Position numbers and translations under genes: made by a program. The notes below the pieces were generated by a model that worked only from the letters and a program-made list of their open reading frames with translations, had not been told where the DNA came from and searched no databases. A DNA stretch of 64,000 nt from an uncultured Clostridia bacterium (lineage in GTDB: Bacteria; Bacillota; Clostridia; Lachnospirales; Lachnospiraceae): contig CAMFVG010000031.1 of the NCBI GenBank assembly GCA_945992055.1, positions 11,057 to 75,056 on the forward strand. Direction: 5' to 3'. Position 1 is the first letter of the stretch. Each line of letters begins with the position of its first letter. This document shows, in pieces, positions 53,847 through 62,112 of this stretch.

Positions 53847-54581
53847 ATGGCATATAAAAATATAGTTTTAACGGATTCAAATCCTGGAGATTATTTCTAT
53901 GACGAAGCAATGAAAATGTTGCGTACCAATGTTCAATTTTCAGGTAAAAATAATAAAGTTATTTTGCTCACCAGCTCTTATAGTGGAGAGGGAAAAAGTG
54001 ATATTTGTTTCAATCTTGCTGTAAATCTTGGAAAAGCAGGCAAAAAGGTACTTTTGATTGATGCGGATATCCGTAAATCAGTATATAAGACACGCTATGA
54101 TATTAAGGAAGAGACACAGGGGCTTTCGCAGTACTTAAGCGGACAAGTAGAGAAGATTGATGAAGTTGTATATAAGACCAATTATGAAAACTTATATATG
54201 ATTTTATCCGGTCCATATGCACCGAATCCGACAGAAATGTTGGGAGACGAACAGTTTGGACAACTTCTTAAGGCTGCAAGGCAAGTGTTTGAATATGTGA
54301 TTATAGATACACCACCGTTGGGAACAGTGGTGGATGCCGCAGTCATTGGGCAGTATTGCGACGGCGCGATTCTTGTTATTGAAAGTGGAGCAGCAAGCTA
54401 TCGTGTGTGTCAAAAGGTAAAGGCACAATTAGAGAAGAGTGGATGTAAGATTTTAGGAGCTATTCTCAATAAAGTAAACTATGAACGCCGTGGATATCGT
54501 AGTGGGAAATACGGTCGTGGTTATGGATACGGTGGTAAGTATTATGGTGCCAAATATTATGGTGGCTCGGAAGAATCATAG
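53847..54581 (+). CDS. cpsD: CpsD/CapB BY-kinase
   Basis: GEGKS Walker A, IDADIR, IIDTPP, C-terminal Tyr cluster. Confidence 0.93.
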   Translation: MAYKNIVLTDSNPGDYFYDEAMKMLRTNVQFSGKNNKVILLTSSYSGEGKSDICFNLAVNLGKAGKKVLLIDADIRKSVYKTRYDIKEETQGLSQYLSGQVEKIDEVVYKTNYENLYMILSGPYAPNPTEMLGDEQFGQLLKAARQVFEYVIIDTPPLGTVVDAAVIGQYCDGAILVIESGAASYRVCQKVKAQLEKSGCKILGAILNKVNYERRGYRSGKYGRGYGYGGKYYGAKYYGGSEES

Positions 54582-54588
54582 GTAACGT

Positions 54589-55578
54589 ATGAAACGAAAT
54601 AAGAAAATAGTTACATTTTTCGTCTGTTTCATTGCCATAATCGTTGCAGGTCTTGGTTTTTGGGCGATATGTGATAAAGAAGATTTTTTATCTACAGAAT
54701 ATGAAGATAATTACCGAGAAGATGTCATTGTTTACGGTGGAAAAGAATATCAATATAACGAGCATTTGAGCAACTATTTATTTTTGGGTATTGATACAAG
54801 GGAAGCGATTGAGGGGAACAAAACAAGTGGCGAGGCCGGTCAGGCAGATGCTATCTTCGTAATTTCCTATGACCGTGTTCAAAAAACTGTAAAAAGCATC
54901 TCTATACCTAGGGATACCATGACAATGATTCATACGTTTTCTCCGGATGGAGTAGATCTTGGTCACACAAAAAACCATATTAATTTGCAGTACGCTTTTG
55001 GAGATGGAAAGACGGAAAGTTGCGTATTAATGAAAGAAGCAGTAGAGAATTTATTGTATCAGGTGCCGATTCAAGGATACTGTGCAATCAATATGGATGG
55101 GATTCCAATTATTGCAGATCTTGTAGGAGGCGTTGACCTGGTGGTTCAGGACGATTCATTGGCGCATGTGGATGGGAAGTTCCAAAAAGGTTCACAGGTT
55201 ACGCTCACCAAAGAGGATGCGGAATTATTCCTTCGTTATCGTGATAAAAGTGAAAGACATAGTGCAATCACACGTACCAACCGCCAAAAAGTGTTTTTAA
55301 AAGCTTTTGCAGAGACCGCGAAAGAAAGAAGCAAACAGGATGCGGAATTAGTTGTCGATATGTATGAAAGTTTGCAATCATACATGGTTACAAACATAGG
55401 AAATGACGTATTGTCTAAAATATTGCAGGCGAATTATGATTCGGAGCAAATTTTTTCGGATATTCCGGGAAAAAAGGTTGACGGTAGCGAATTTGATGAG
55501 TATCATGTAAATGAAGCGGAATTGTATGAACTTGTCTTGAAGATGTTTTATAAAGAAGTGCAGGATGACAAGTCATGA
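54589..55578 (+). CDS. LCP (LytR-CpsA-Psr) family protein
   Basis: N-terminal TM; LFLGID, GQAD, SIPRDT, LRYR, R..RQ. Confidence 0.9.
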   Translation: MKRNKKIVTFFVCFIAIIVAGLGFWAICDKEDFLSTEYEDNYREDVIVYGGKEYQYNEHLSNYLFLGIDTREAIEGNKTSGEAGQADAIFVISYDRVQKTVKSISIPRDTMTMIHTFSPDGVDLGHTKNHINLQYAFGDGKTESCVLMKEAVENLLYQVPIQGYCAINMDGIPIIADLVGGVDLVVQDDSLAHVDGKFQKGSQVTLTKEDAELFLRYRDKSERHSAITRTNRQKVFLKAFAETAKERSKQDAELVVDMYESLQSYMVTNIGNDVLSKILQANYDSEQIFSDIPGKKVDGSEFDEYHVNEAELYELVLKMFYKEVQDDKS

Positions 55579-56339
55579 AGAAGAAAATAATTGTCATATT
55601 TGGAATTATTCTTATAGTTGCCGGTGGAATTTGGGGATATTTTGGACTCTTTCATTATCTGGCTGAAAAGAATGCCGGGAATATATACGAGGATATGAAA
55701 GATAAGTTTGGCGTCAAACCCCTGCTGCAGATTCCCACAATGGGGGAAGGAGAACCGGAGGTTCCAATTGATTTTGCAAGTCTTACGGCACAATATCCGG
55801 ATATCTATGCATGGATTCGTGTTCCCGGGACACGGATTGATTATCCTATCGTACGGCGCGAGGGTGATAATGATTACTATGTAACCCACACAGTTGATGG
55901 TAGGAAGCGAATAGAAGGTGCCATTTTTACGGATGATTATAACAGTAAGGATTTTGGAGATCCAAACACAGTGATATATGGTCACAATATGAAAAATGGT
56001 TCCATGTTTAAGGCTTTACATAAGTATAAGGACAGACAGTTTTTTGACGAGCATCCGGAAGTTTTTATTTATCAAGAAGGCCGAGTGCTTCGATACAAGG
56101 TGTTTGCAGCTTATACATATGATGATAGGCATATCATGATGAGCTTTGATTTTGAAAATGAAATTATTTTTCAATCATATTTAAATAGTGTTTTGACAAA
56201 TAAGGATATGCGTAGTAATATAGATACAACAACATCTGTTACGACGGAAGATAAGATTATTACATTGTGTACATGTAGTAATACAAACGAAAAAGAGAGA
56301 TATCTAGTACAGGCGGTACTATTGTCTATACAAGAATAA
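55575..56339 (+). CDS. srtB: Class B sortase (second copy)
   Basis: YPDIYAWI, GAIF, IYGHNM, TLCTC...R. Confidence 0.9.
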   Translation: MKKKIIVIFGIILIVAGGIWGYFGLFHYLAEKNAGNIYEDMKDKFGVKPLLQIPTMGEGEPEVPIDFASLTAQYPDIYAWIRVPGTRIDYPIVRREGDNDYYVTHTVDGRKRIEGAIFTDDYNSKDFGDPNTVIYGHNMKNGSMFKALHKYKDRQFFDEHPEVFIYQEGRVLRYKVFAAYTYDDRHIMMSFDFENEIIFQSYLNSVLTNKDMRSNIDTTTSVTTEDKIITLCTCSNTNEKERYLVQAVLLSIQE

Positions 56340-56357
56340 GAAAGGAAATGTTTAAAA

Positions 56358-57011
56358 ATGAAAAAGAGAGTATTGGCAGTAATTTTAGCAATGGTTTGTG
56401 TATTGGCTTCTGCAATTGGAGTTTCAGCAGCAAACAGCCCAACAGGGAATGTAACGGTAACAGAATCACAAAGGGGATATTATCAAATTAGAAAAGGTGC
56501 TGATGAATTTCACAACGATATGACAGGTGTGGATTATGCAGCAACTCCTGCTATTGAAAAATACAATGCAAGTGGAAAGATTGAAGATTTAGCGATAGCA
56601 GATGCAACAGTTTTAGAAGCATTGAAAGGCAAAACAGATCTTACAAAAGTGTTTGATTTACATGATGTTAATGGCGGAAACAAAGTAGGCGGATTACACA
56701 AGGTAACACTTCATGTTCCACAGTTGACAGAACAATGTAAAGAAGTTGTAGTTCTTCACTTTAAAGAAAAAGCAGCAGGACAAGGATACTGGGAAATCCT
56801 TAAGGATAGTACGTTTGATACAAAAGCAAAGACAGTAACTGTTGTAAGTGATCACTTATCACCAATCGCTATTTTTGCAACTGTAGATACTAGCGCAGGA
56901 ACAGGAACATCTTATCCTATGGCCGGAACATCATCTACATGGATGCTTTTTGCAGCAGCAGCTCTTGTTGTAGTAGGTTCAGGTGTTGTAGTAGCAAGAA
57001 AAAGAAAATAA
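56358..57011 (+). CDS. Secreted, probably sortase-anchored surface protein
   Basis: Signal peptide (VSA|A); C-terminal SYPMAG + TM + RKRK; paralog of 57934-58695. Confidence 0.8.
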   Translation: MKKRVLAVILAMVCVLASAIGVSAANSPTGNVTVTESQRGYYQIRKGADEFHNDMTGVDYAATPAIEKYNASGKIEDLAIADATVLEALKGKTDLTKVFDLHDVNGGNKVGGLHKVTLHVPQLTEQCKEVVVLHFKEKAAGQGYWEILKDSTFDTKAKTVTVVSDHLSPIAIFATVDTSAGTGTSYPMAGTSSTWMLFAAAALVVVGSGVVVARKRK

Positions 57012-57037
57012 TCATAATACATGATATAAAAGAAGAG

Positions 57038-57066
57038 GAGCCTTGCCGTTTGGCAAGGCTCTTTTG
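57038..57066. terminator. Terminator between convergent genes
   Basis: GAGCCTTGCC-GTTT-GGCAAGGCTC followed by TTTT. Confidence 0.8.
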
Positions 57067-57081
57067 TGCTACAAAAAAGTA

Positions 57082-57801
57082 TTAAGGTCTATAAGGCAAA
57101 CCAGTTAATGTTTCAAAACTACACTTTACCGCTTCCTCTGATATGTCGCACTGCAGGAGATAAACCGGGATTTTTTTAAGAAGCACATCCATGAGCGCTA
57201 GAGTTTGGTCTAAACTTTTCGCTTCTTTTGGTAAGTAAATTTGTTTAAATAAAATTGGTAGGGCTTCTGAAGCATCTATCTTCCGAATCGAATTTGTCTC
57301 GCCTCGTTGTACAATACAGATTCCGGATAAAGGTGCTCGACAGTTTCTCTGCCAACCTTCTTTTCCGGCCCACGGGGTGCCGTAAATATAAGGCGTTTCG
57401 CCATCTAGTGATACGAAAGGCTTATCTCCGTTTACGATTTCCACCTTTTTTCCTAAATGTTTGTGCCAGAGGCGAATGTGCGTAGATTTTCCGGTTCCGC
57501 TAGGAGCAGTAAAGAGATAGCCTTTGTTTTCATAGGAAATGGAAGCTCCGTGTAAAAGAAGGCGCCCTTCGCTTGGTAAGCAGTCTGCAATTTTCCGTAA
57601 AGCGACTAAAGTTTCCAAGTAACTGAAGGAAAAGGTAGTTTCGCAAAGTGTCTGCTCGCTTTCTACTTCCTCCTTTGTCCAAGAGATGCTAAAGTCCGGA
57701 TTTCGGCCCCCTACTACATAATCTTGAAAAAAATCGAAAAGTTCAGGGGTGATACTTTGTATCTGTATATATTTGTCTGCTAATTGTACGGTAAAAGTCA
57801 T
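57082..57801 (-). CDS. HPr-kinase-related P-loop kinase (type found in RRE/lasso-associated cassettes)
   Basis: LLHGAS...LFTAPSGTGKSTH, NGDKP, YGTPWAG; RBS GAGGTG upstream of ATG at 57801. Confidence 0.75.
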   Translation of the reverse strand: MTFTVQLADKYIQIQSITPELFDFFQDYVVGGRNPDFSISWTKEEVESEQTLCETTFSFSYLETLVALRKIADCLPSEGRLLLHGASISYENKGYLFTAPSGTGKSTHIRLWHKHLGKKVEIVNGDKPFVSLDGETPYIYGTPWAGKEGWQRNCRAPLSGICIVQRGETNSIRKIDASEALPILFKQIYLPKEAKSLDQTLALMDVLLKKIPVYLLQCDISEEAVKCSFETLTGLPYRP

Positions 57802-57933
57802 ATCATGCACCTCAATTTCTTATAGAAAGATTATACATCATTTTTATAAAAAAAGTAAGTTATTATAGATTTTTTAAAAATCTAATGCTATACTATGAAT
57901 AGGTATAGATATTTTTGATAAAAGGAGATTGGA

Positions 57934-58695
57934 ATGGAAAATTTAATGAAAACTTTAAAGACTCTATGGAAAAATCCAAAAACAAAATACATATTAGGTG
58001 CGGTGGTACTTGTTTTAGTAATCGTAGGAGTGATTCTTTTGGGGAAATTGGGTTCAAAGCCTGAAGATGAGCCGAACGAAGGTTTGCAAGTAGAGGAATC
58101 CGGTGATGGAGATTTCTTTGAAATCGAAGAAGAGCCGGAAGATGAAGCGAAAGACGACAAAGAGGATAAAAAAACTGTAATTGATACAAAAACAAAAGGA
58201 AGTATGACGGTTGTAGAGGACCAAAAGGACGAATACATTATTCGAACTGGTGCAGAAGAATTCTTGAAAGATGATAAGAATTATATTTCCGTAAAAGATG
58301 ATATTGTTTCTTACAACGAAGAAAAGACTACATTAGCGCAGCTGTTAGAAAAGGACAAAGCAGTAGCGGATGTGTTAGCTGGTCAGGTTGCACTTACAAA
58401 AATCTTTGATTTGTGCCCTACTGACAAAGCGAAAAAAGACGCGGATGGATTTTACAGAATTACAATCGATGTACCTGCTCTGTCAGAAGAATGTGAAAGT
58501 GTTACCGTTCTTCATTACAGTGTAAAAGATGAAAAATGGGAAATCCTTGATAAGTCTACAGCAGATATTGCCAATAAGAAAGTAACGATTGTGAGCGATG
58601 ATTTATCGCCGATTGGGATATTTGCCACTATGAAGAAGAATACAGATGAGAACAAGCCGATCGAAGGCGATGGTGGCTTCGGACGATTCTTTTAA
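57934..58695 (+). CDS. N-terminally anchored membrane protein, paralog of 56358-57011
   Basis: TM helix, acidic linker, shared domain (LTKIFDL...VLHY...WEIL...VSDDLSPIGIFAT). Confidence 0.8.
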   Translation: MENLMKTLKTLWKNPKTKYILGAVVLVLVIVGVILLGKLGSKPEDEPNEGLQVEESGDGDFFEIEEEPEDEAKDDKEDKKTVIDTKTKGSMTVVEDQKDEYIIRTGAEEFLKDDKNYISVKDDIVSYNEEKTTLAQLLEKDKAVADVLAGQVALTKIFDLCPTDKAKKDADGFYRITIDVPALSEECESVTVLHYSVKDEKWEILDKSTADIANKKVTIVSDDLSPIGIFATMKKNTDENKPIEGDGGFGRFF

Positions 58696-58701
58696 AACGA
58701 T

Positions 58702-58732
58702 AGCAGACAGTGTTGAAACACTGTCTGTTTTT
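58702..58732 (+). terminator. Rho-independent terminator
   Basis: CAGACAGTGT-TGAA-ACACTGTCTG followed by T5. Confidence 0.7.
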
Positions 58733-58777
58733 ATGTTATAATTTCTAGGTATATTGATGTACGGAGGAAAAGTTATT

Positions 58778-59047
58778 ATGCGTGTAAAAGAAGGCTTTGT
58801 GCTTCGAGATGTAGCAGGGCAAACGGTGGTGATTGCTACAGGTAAAGCAAGTAAAAATTTTCATGGAATGATTCGTCTGAATGCAACTGGGAAAGATATT
58901 TGGCAAGGATTGCAGGAAGGATTATCGGATATAGAGATTAGCGAGAATTTAAGCAAGAAATATGAGATTGATCTTGAAGACGCGGAAAATGATGTGAAAG
59001 AGTTTTTGGGCAAGATCAGAGAAATGGGATTTTTGGAAAATGAATGA
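58778..59047 (+). CDS. PqqD family protein (RiPP recognition element)
   Basis: 89 aa; FVLRDVAG..VV...LNATG..IW..L...I...L...Y.I...A..DV..FL pattern; RBS GGAGG. Confidence 0.88.
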   Translation: MRVKEGFVLRDVAGQTVVIATGKASKNFHGMIRLNATGKDIWQGLQEGLSDIEISENLSKKYEIDLEDAENDVKEFLGKIREMGFLENE

Positions 59048-59495
59048 TGTAAAAAAGATAGAAGAGGTTTTACAATCAGAAGGCATTCTTGTCAGCACTA
59101 CGGTAGGTGTTAGTATGTATCCGATGCTGAGAAATCGCAAAGATACCATAGTTGTAAAACCATGTGAGGGGCGATTAAAAAAATATGATGTTGCCCTATA
59201 CAAGAGTGGTGACTCATATGTACTGCATCGGGTTCTGGAAGTCCGTCCGGATTCCTATGTAATTCGCGGAGATAATTGTGACCGAAAGGAATATGGTATT
59301 ACGGATTCGCAAATTTTGGGAGTTTTAACCTCTTTTTACAGAGGAGACAAATTGGTGGATATGAATGGTTGGAAGTACAAGGCTTATGCAAGAGTTTGTT
59401 GCGCTTTATTTCCGGTACTTTGGTGTTGCCGATTTGTGAAAAGGGTGACAAAAAAAGTCTGTAAGATTGTTGCGAGAGGAGAACAAAAGAAGTGA
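59040..59495 (+). CDS. S24/S26 family peptidase
   Basis: GVSMYPML (nucleophile Ser), VLHRV, RGDN; overlaps the PqqD gene. Confidence 0.85.
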   Translation: MNDVKKIEEVLQSEGILVSTTVGVSMYPMLRNRKDTIVVKPCEGRLKKYDVALYKSGDSYVLHRVLEVRPDSYVIRGDNCDRKEYGITDSQILGVLTSFYRGDKLVDMNGWKYKAYARVCCALFPVLWCCRFVKRVTKKVCKIVARGEQKK

Positions 59496-60445
59496 AGAGG
59501 ATTGTGCTCATAATAACGCTTGTTCTGATTGCAGGATTGGGCGTCTTTCTTTGGAAAATAAATAAAATGGATAGTGCACAGGATGTCAAACATGAAAAAT
59601 GGCTTGATGCAAGGCGTCCATATGAAGTGCAGCGGGAAAGTTTGCTGCAGGAAATTGAGAATTTAGATGATAATTATCAGGAAGCCACATCTCCAAGAGC
59701 GACGACGCAAATACTGTTCACTGATTTAAATGAGCAGGTATATAGTGTCTGCTATCCGATTATGAAAGGTTTTTCATATACAGGAACGTTGGTCTTATCA
59801 TCAGCGCAACTTCCAGGGGCGGAAGGGTGCATGTCTATGGAACAATTCCAGGAACTAATGGAAGCCGGCTGGGATGTTTGCGTTCAATGGGAGCAAGAAA
59901 TGCTGAATAAAAGATGGTGGAGGAATTACACCGTGCAGTTAGAAGGATTAGGAGTAGCTCAGGGTGAGATTCTCTATTTTCCGAAAGGGAGTTATTCGGC
60001 AGAACTAGATACTAAGGCACAGGAGTTGGGATTTACGATTGTGGTGGTTGAAAGGGAGGACAAGGAATCTCCATTACAGGCACAGTACGAAGAAGGACTT
60101 TGGCATGTGGGCGCCATGGGCAGCATGACAGTTCAACCGAAACTGTGGCTTCGCGAAGCGGTCGCGGCGGATGCCAATGTCACATATTTGGTTAGTTTCC
60201 ATATAGAGAAACAATTGTACAATTCGCAATCTTTTCGCGGTATGTTGAATGCATTTGAGCAGTATGTGACGAGCAAAGAATTAGTCGTTTGCGATATCCT
60301 TACGGCGAGAGAACATTATAAAAGCCGTTTGAATGGCATCGCACCTGAACAGGTGGCGACATATGAGGCAGAACGACAAAACTTAGAAAGTGAATTGGCC
60401 AAAGTAGAGAAGAAGCTGAAAGAATTAGATAAAAAGTATCAATAA
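59492..60445 (+). CDS. Membrane-anchored polysaccharide-deacetylase-like protein, apparently degenerate, flanked by coiled coils
   Basis: YPIMKGFSYTGTL...MSMEQFQELMEAGWDV resembles NodB/PgaB, but the TFDDG and HxxxH motifs are missing. Confidence 0.55.
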   Translation: MKRIVLIITLVLIAGLGVFLWKINKMDSAQDVKHEKWLDARRPYEVQRESLLQEIENLDDNYQEATSPRATTQILFTDLNEQVYSVCYPIMKGFSYTGTLVLSSAQLPGAEGCMSMEQFQELMEAGWDVCVQWEQEMLNKRWWRNYTVQLEGLGVAQGEILYFPKGSYSAELDTKAQELGFTIVVVEREDKESPLQAQYEEGLWHVGAMGSMTVQPKLWLREAVAADANVTYLVSFHIEKQLYNSQSFRGMLNAFEQYVTSKELVVCDILTAREHYKSRLNGIAPEQVATYEAERQNLESELAKVEKKLKELDKKYQ

Positions 60446-60463
60446 AAAGTAACGGGAGAAGAT

Positions 60464-62107
60464 ATGAAAACGTTAAAGTGGATAGGGCATACTTTGGGAA
60501 AACGACAATGGTTGATTGTTGTGATGAGCGTAATCCAGAGTGTGTTGGCAGTGACGGGGATTTTGTTTGCACTGCTTATGAGACAAATTATTGATAACGC
60601 AGTGGATGGAAATAAAGGTGGTTTTTATGGTGCCATTCTTGCTTTGGCATCTGTGATGCTTATGCAGATTGCGTTGCGGTGGATTCTGCGATTTGTAGAA
60701 GACGATACCAGAGCTGCTATTGAAAACCGTTTGCGCCAGAGAACATTTGGAGAGATTTTGAGAACCGAGTATGGGAAGATGAAGGAGTACCATACAGGAG
60801 AATTGATGAACCGTATTACGTCAGATGCTTCTGTTGTTACAGATGGAGTTGTGTCGTTGGTTCCAAGTCTTTGCTCTATTATGGTGAGAATTATAGGTGT
60901 TTTGTTTGTAATGGGGATGATTGAACCGCGCATTGCCTTGGTGTTTCTTATAGGTGGATGCTGTGTGGCATTACTTTCCGTGATTCCACGGAAACTGCAA
61001 AAAAAGGCACATAAAAGAGTTCAGGAAGCAGACGGACAGGTCAAAAGTTTTGTCCAGGAAGCTTTGGAAAGTCTTTTGGTGGTCAGAGCGTTTGGTTGTG
61101 AGAGCAAAATTGAGGCAACGAGCGCAGAAAAAATGCGTGGGCATAGATTGGCAAGGAGAAAACAGACACATATTATTAACATGTTCGGAACGGGTCTACG
61201 TTTTTCCATTCAGTGTGGATATCTGTTTGGATTTATTTGGTGTGGATTAGGAATTCTGGAACATCGCATTACATATGGAACATTAACTGCAGTCATTCAA
61301 TTGATTGGCCAAATCCAGACCCCATTTGCAAACGTAGGAAATACATTTCCGAAATATGCATCTATGATTGCCAGTGCAGAACGTTTAATGGAGTTTTCCC
61401 AGCATCCACAACATGAGGAGCAAAACAAGAAAAAATGGACGAGAGAAGAAGTTTATCGACAACTAAAGTCTATTGATTTCCAACAAGTTTCTTTTTCCTA
61501 TGATGCAGAGACTCCGGTTCTTGAACGAGAGAGTTTTTCTGTGAAAAAGGGGGAATTCGTGGCGCTGATTGGAAGCAGCGGAACCGGGAAAAGTACGATT
61601 ATGAAACTGTTATTATCCGTTTATCAACCAGATGAAGGAGAGATACGTGCTACATTAGAAGAGGAAGAATTGTGTATTTCGGAACTTCCTTCTGGTATAT
61701 TCTCTTATGTTCCGCAAGGAAATTATTTGATGAGTGGTTCTATTTGGCAGGTCGTAGGATTTGCAGAGTTATCAGAAACCATTGACAAGGAAAAGGTAAA
61801 GGAAGCATGTAAAATTGCATGTGCAGATGAATTTATAAAAGATCTTCCGAAAGGATATGACACTGTCCTTGGAGAGCGGGGTGACGGTCTTTCGGAGGGA
61901 CAAATGCAGCGATTGGCGGTGGCTAGAGCGATCTACAGCGGTTGTCCAATACTATTGTTAGATGAAGCAACATCAGCGTTGGATGGCGATACAGAAAGAA
62001 GGATGATTACTTCTTTGAAGCAGATGTCAGACCGTACCGTATTCTTGGTGACTCACCGAAAAGAAGTATGGAAGCTTTGTGACAGGGTATTAGAAAGAAC
62101 GGAGTAA
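60464..62107 (+). CDS. ABC exporter, fused permease and ATPase
   Basis: TM domain (HTGELMNRITSD); GSSGTGKS, LSEGQMQR, LLDEATSALD. Confidence 0.93.
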   Translation: MKTLKWIGHTLGKRQWLIVVMSVIQSVLAVTGILFALLMRQIIDNAVDGNKGGFYGAILALASVMLMQIALRWILRFVEDDTRAAIENRLRQRTFGEILRTEYGKMKEYHTGELMNRITSDASVVTDGVVSLVPSLCSIMVRIIGVLFVMGMIEPRIALVFLIGGCCVALLSVIPRKLQKKAHKRVQEADGQVKSFVQEALESLLVVRAFGCESKIEATSAEKMRGHRLARRKQTHIINMFGTGLRFSIQCGYLFGFIWCGLGILEHRITYGTLTAVIQLIGQIQTPFANVGNTFPKYASMIASAERLMEFSQHPQHEEQNKKKWTREEVYRQLKSIDFQQVSFSYDAETPVLERESFSVKKGEFVALIGSSGTGKSTIMKLLLSVYQPDEGEIRATLEEEELCISELPSGIFSYVPQGNYLMSGSIWQVVGFAELSETIDKEKVKEACKIACADEFIKDLPKGYDTVLGERGDGLSEGQMQRLAVARAIYSGCPILLLDEATSALDGDTERRMITSLKQMSDRTVFLVTHRKEVWKLCDRVLERTE

Positions 62108-62112
62108 ACAAA

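Noticed and set aside
57082..62107. Complete lasso peptide gene cluster
   Set aside because: No asparagine-synthetase-like cyclase, no transglutaminase-like B2 and no precursor ORF in the intergenic gaps.
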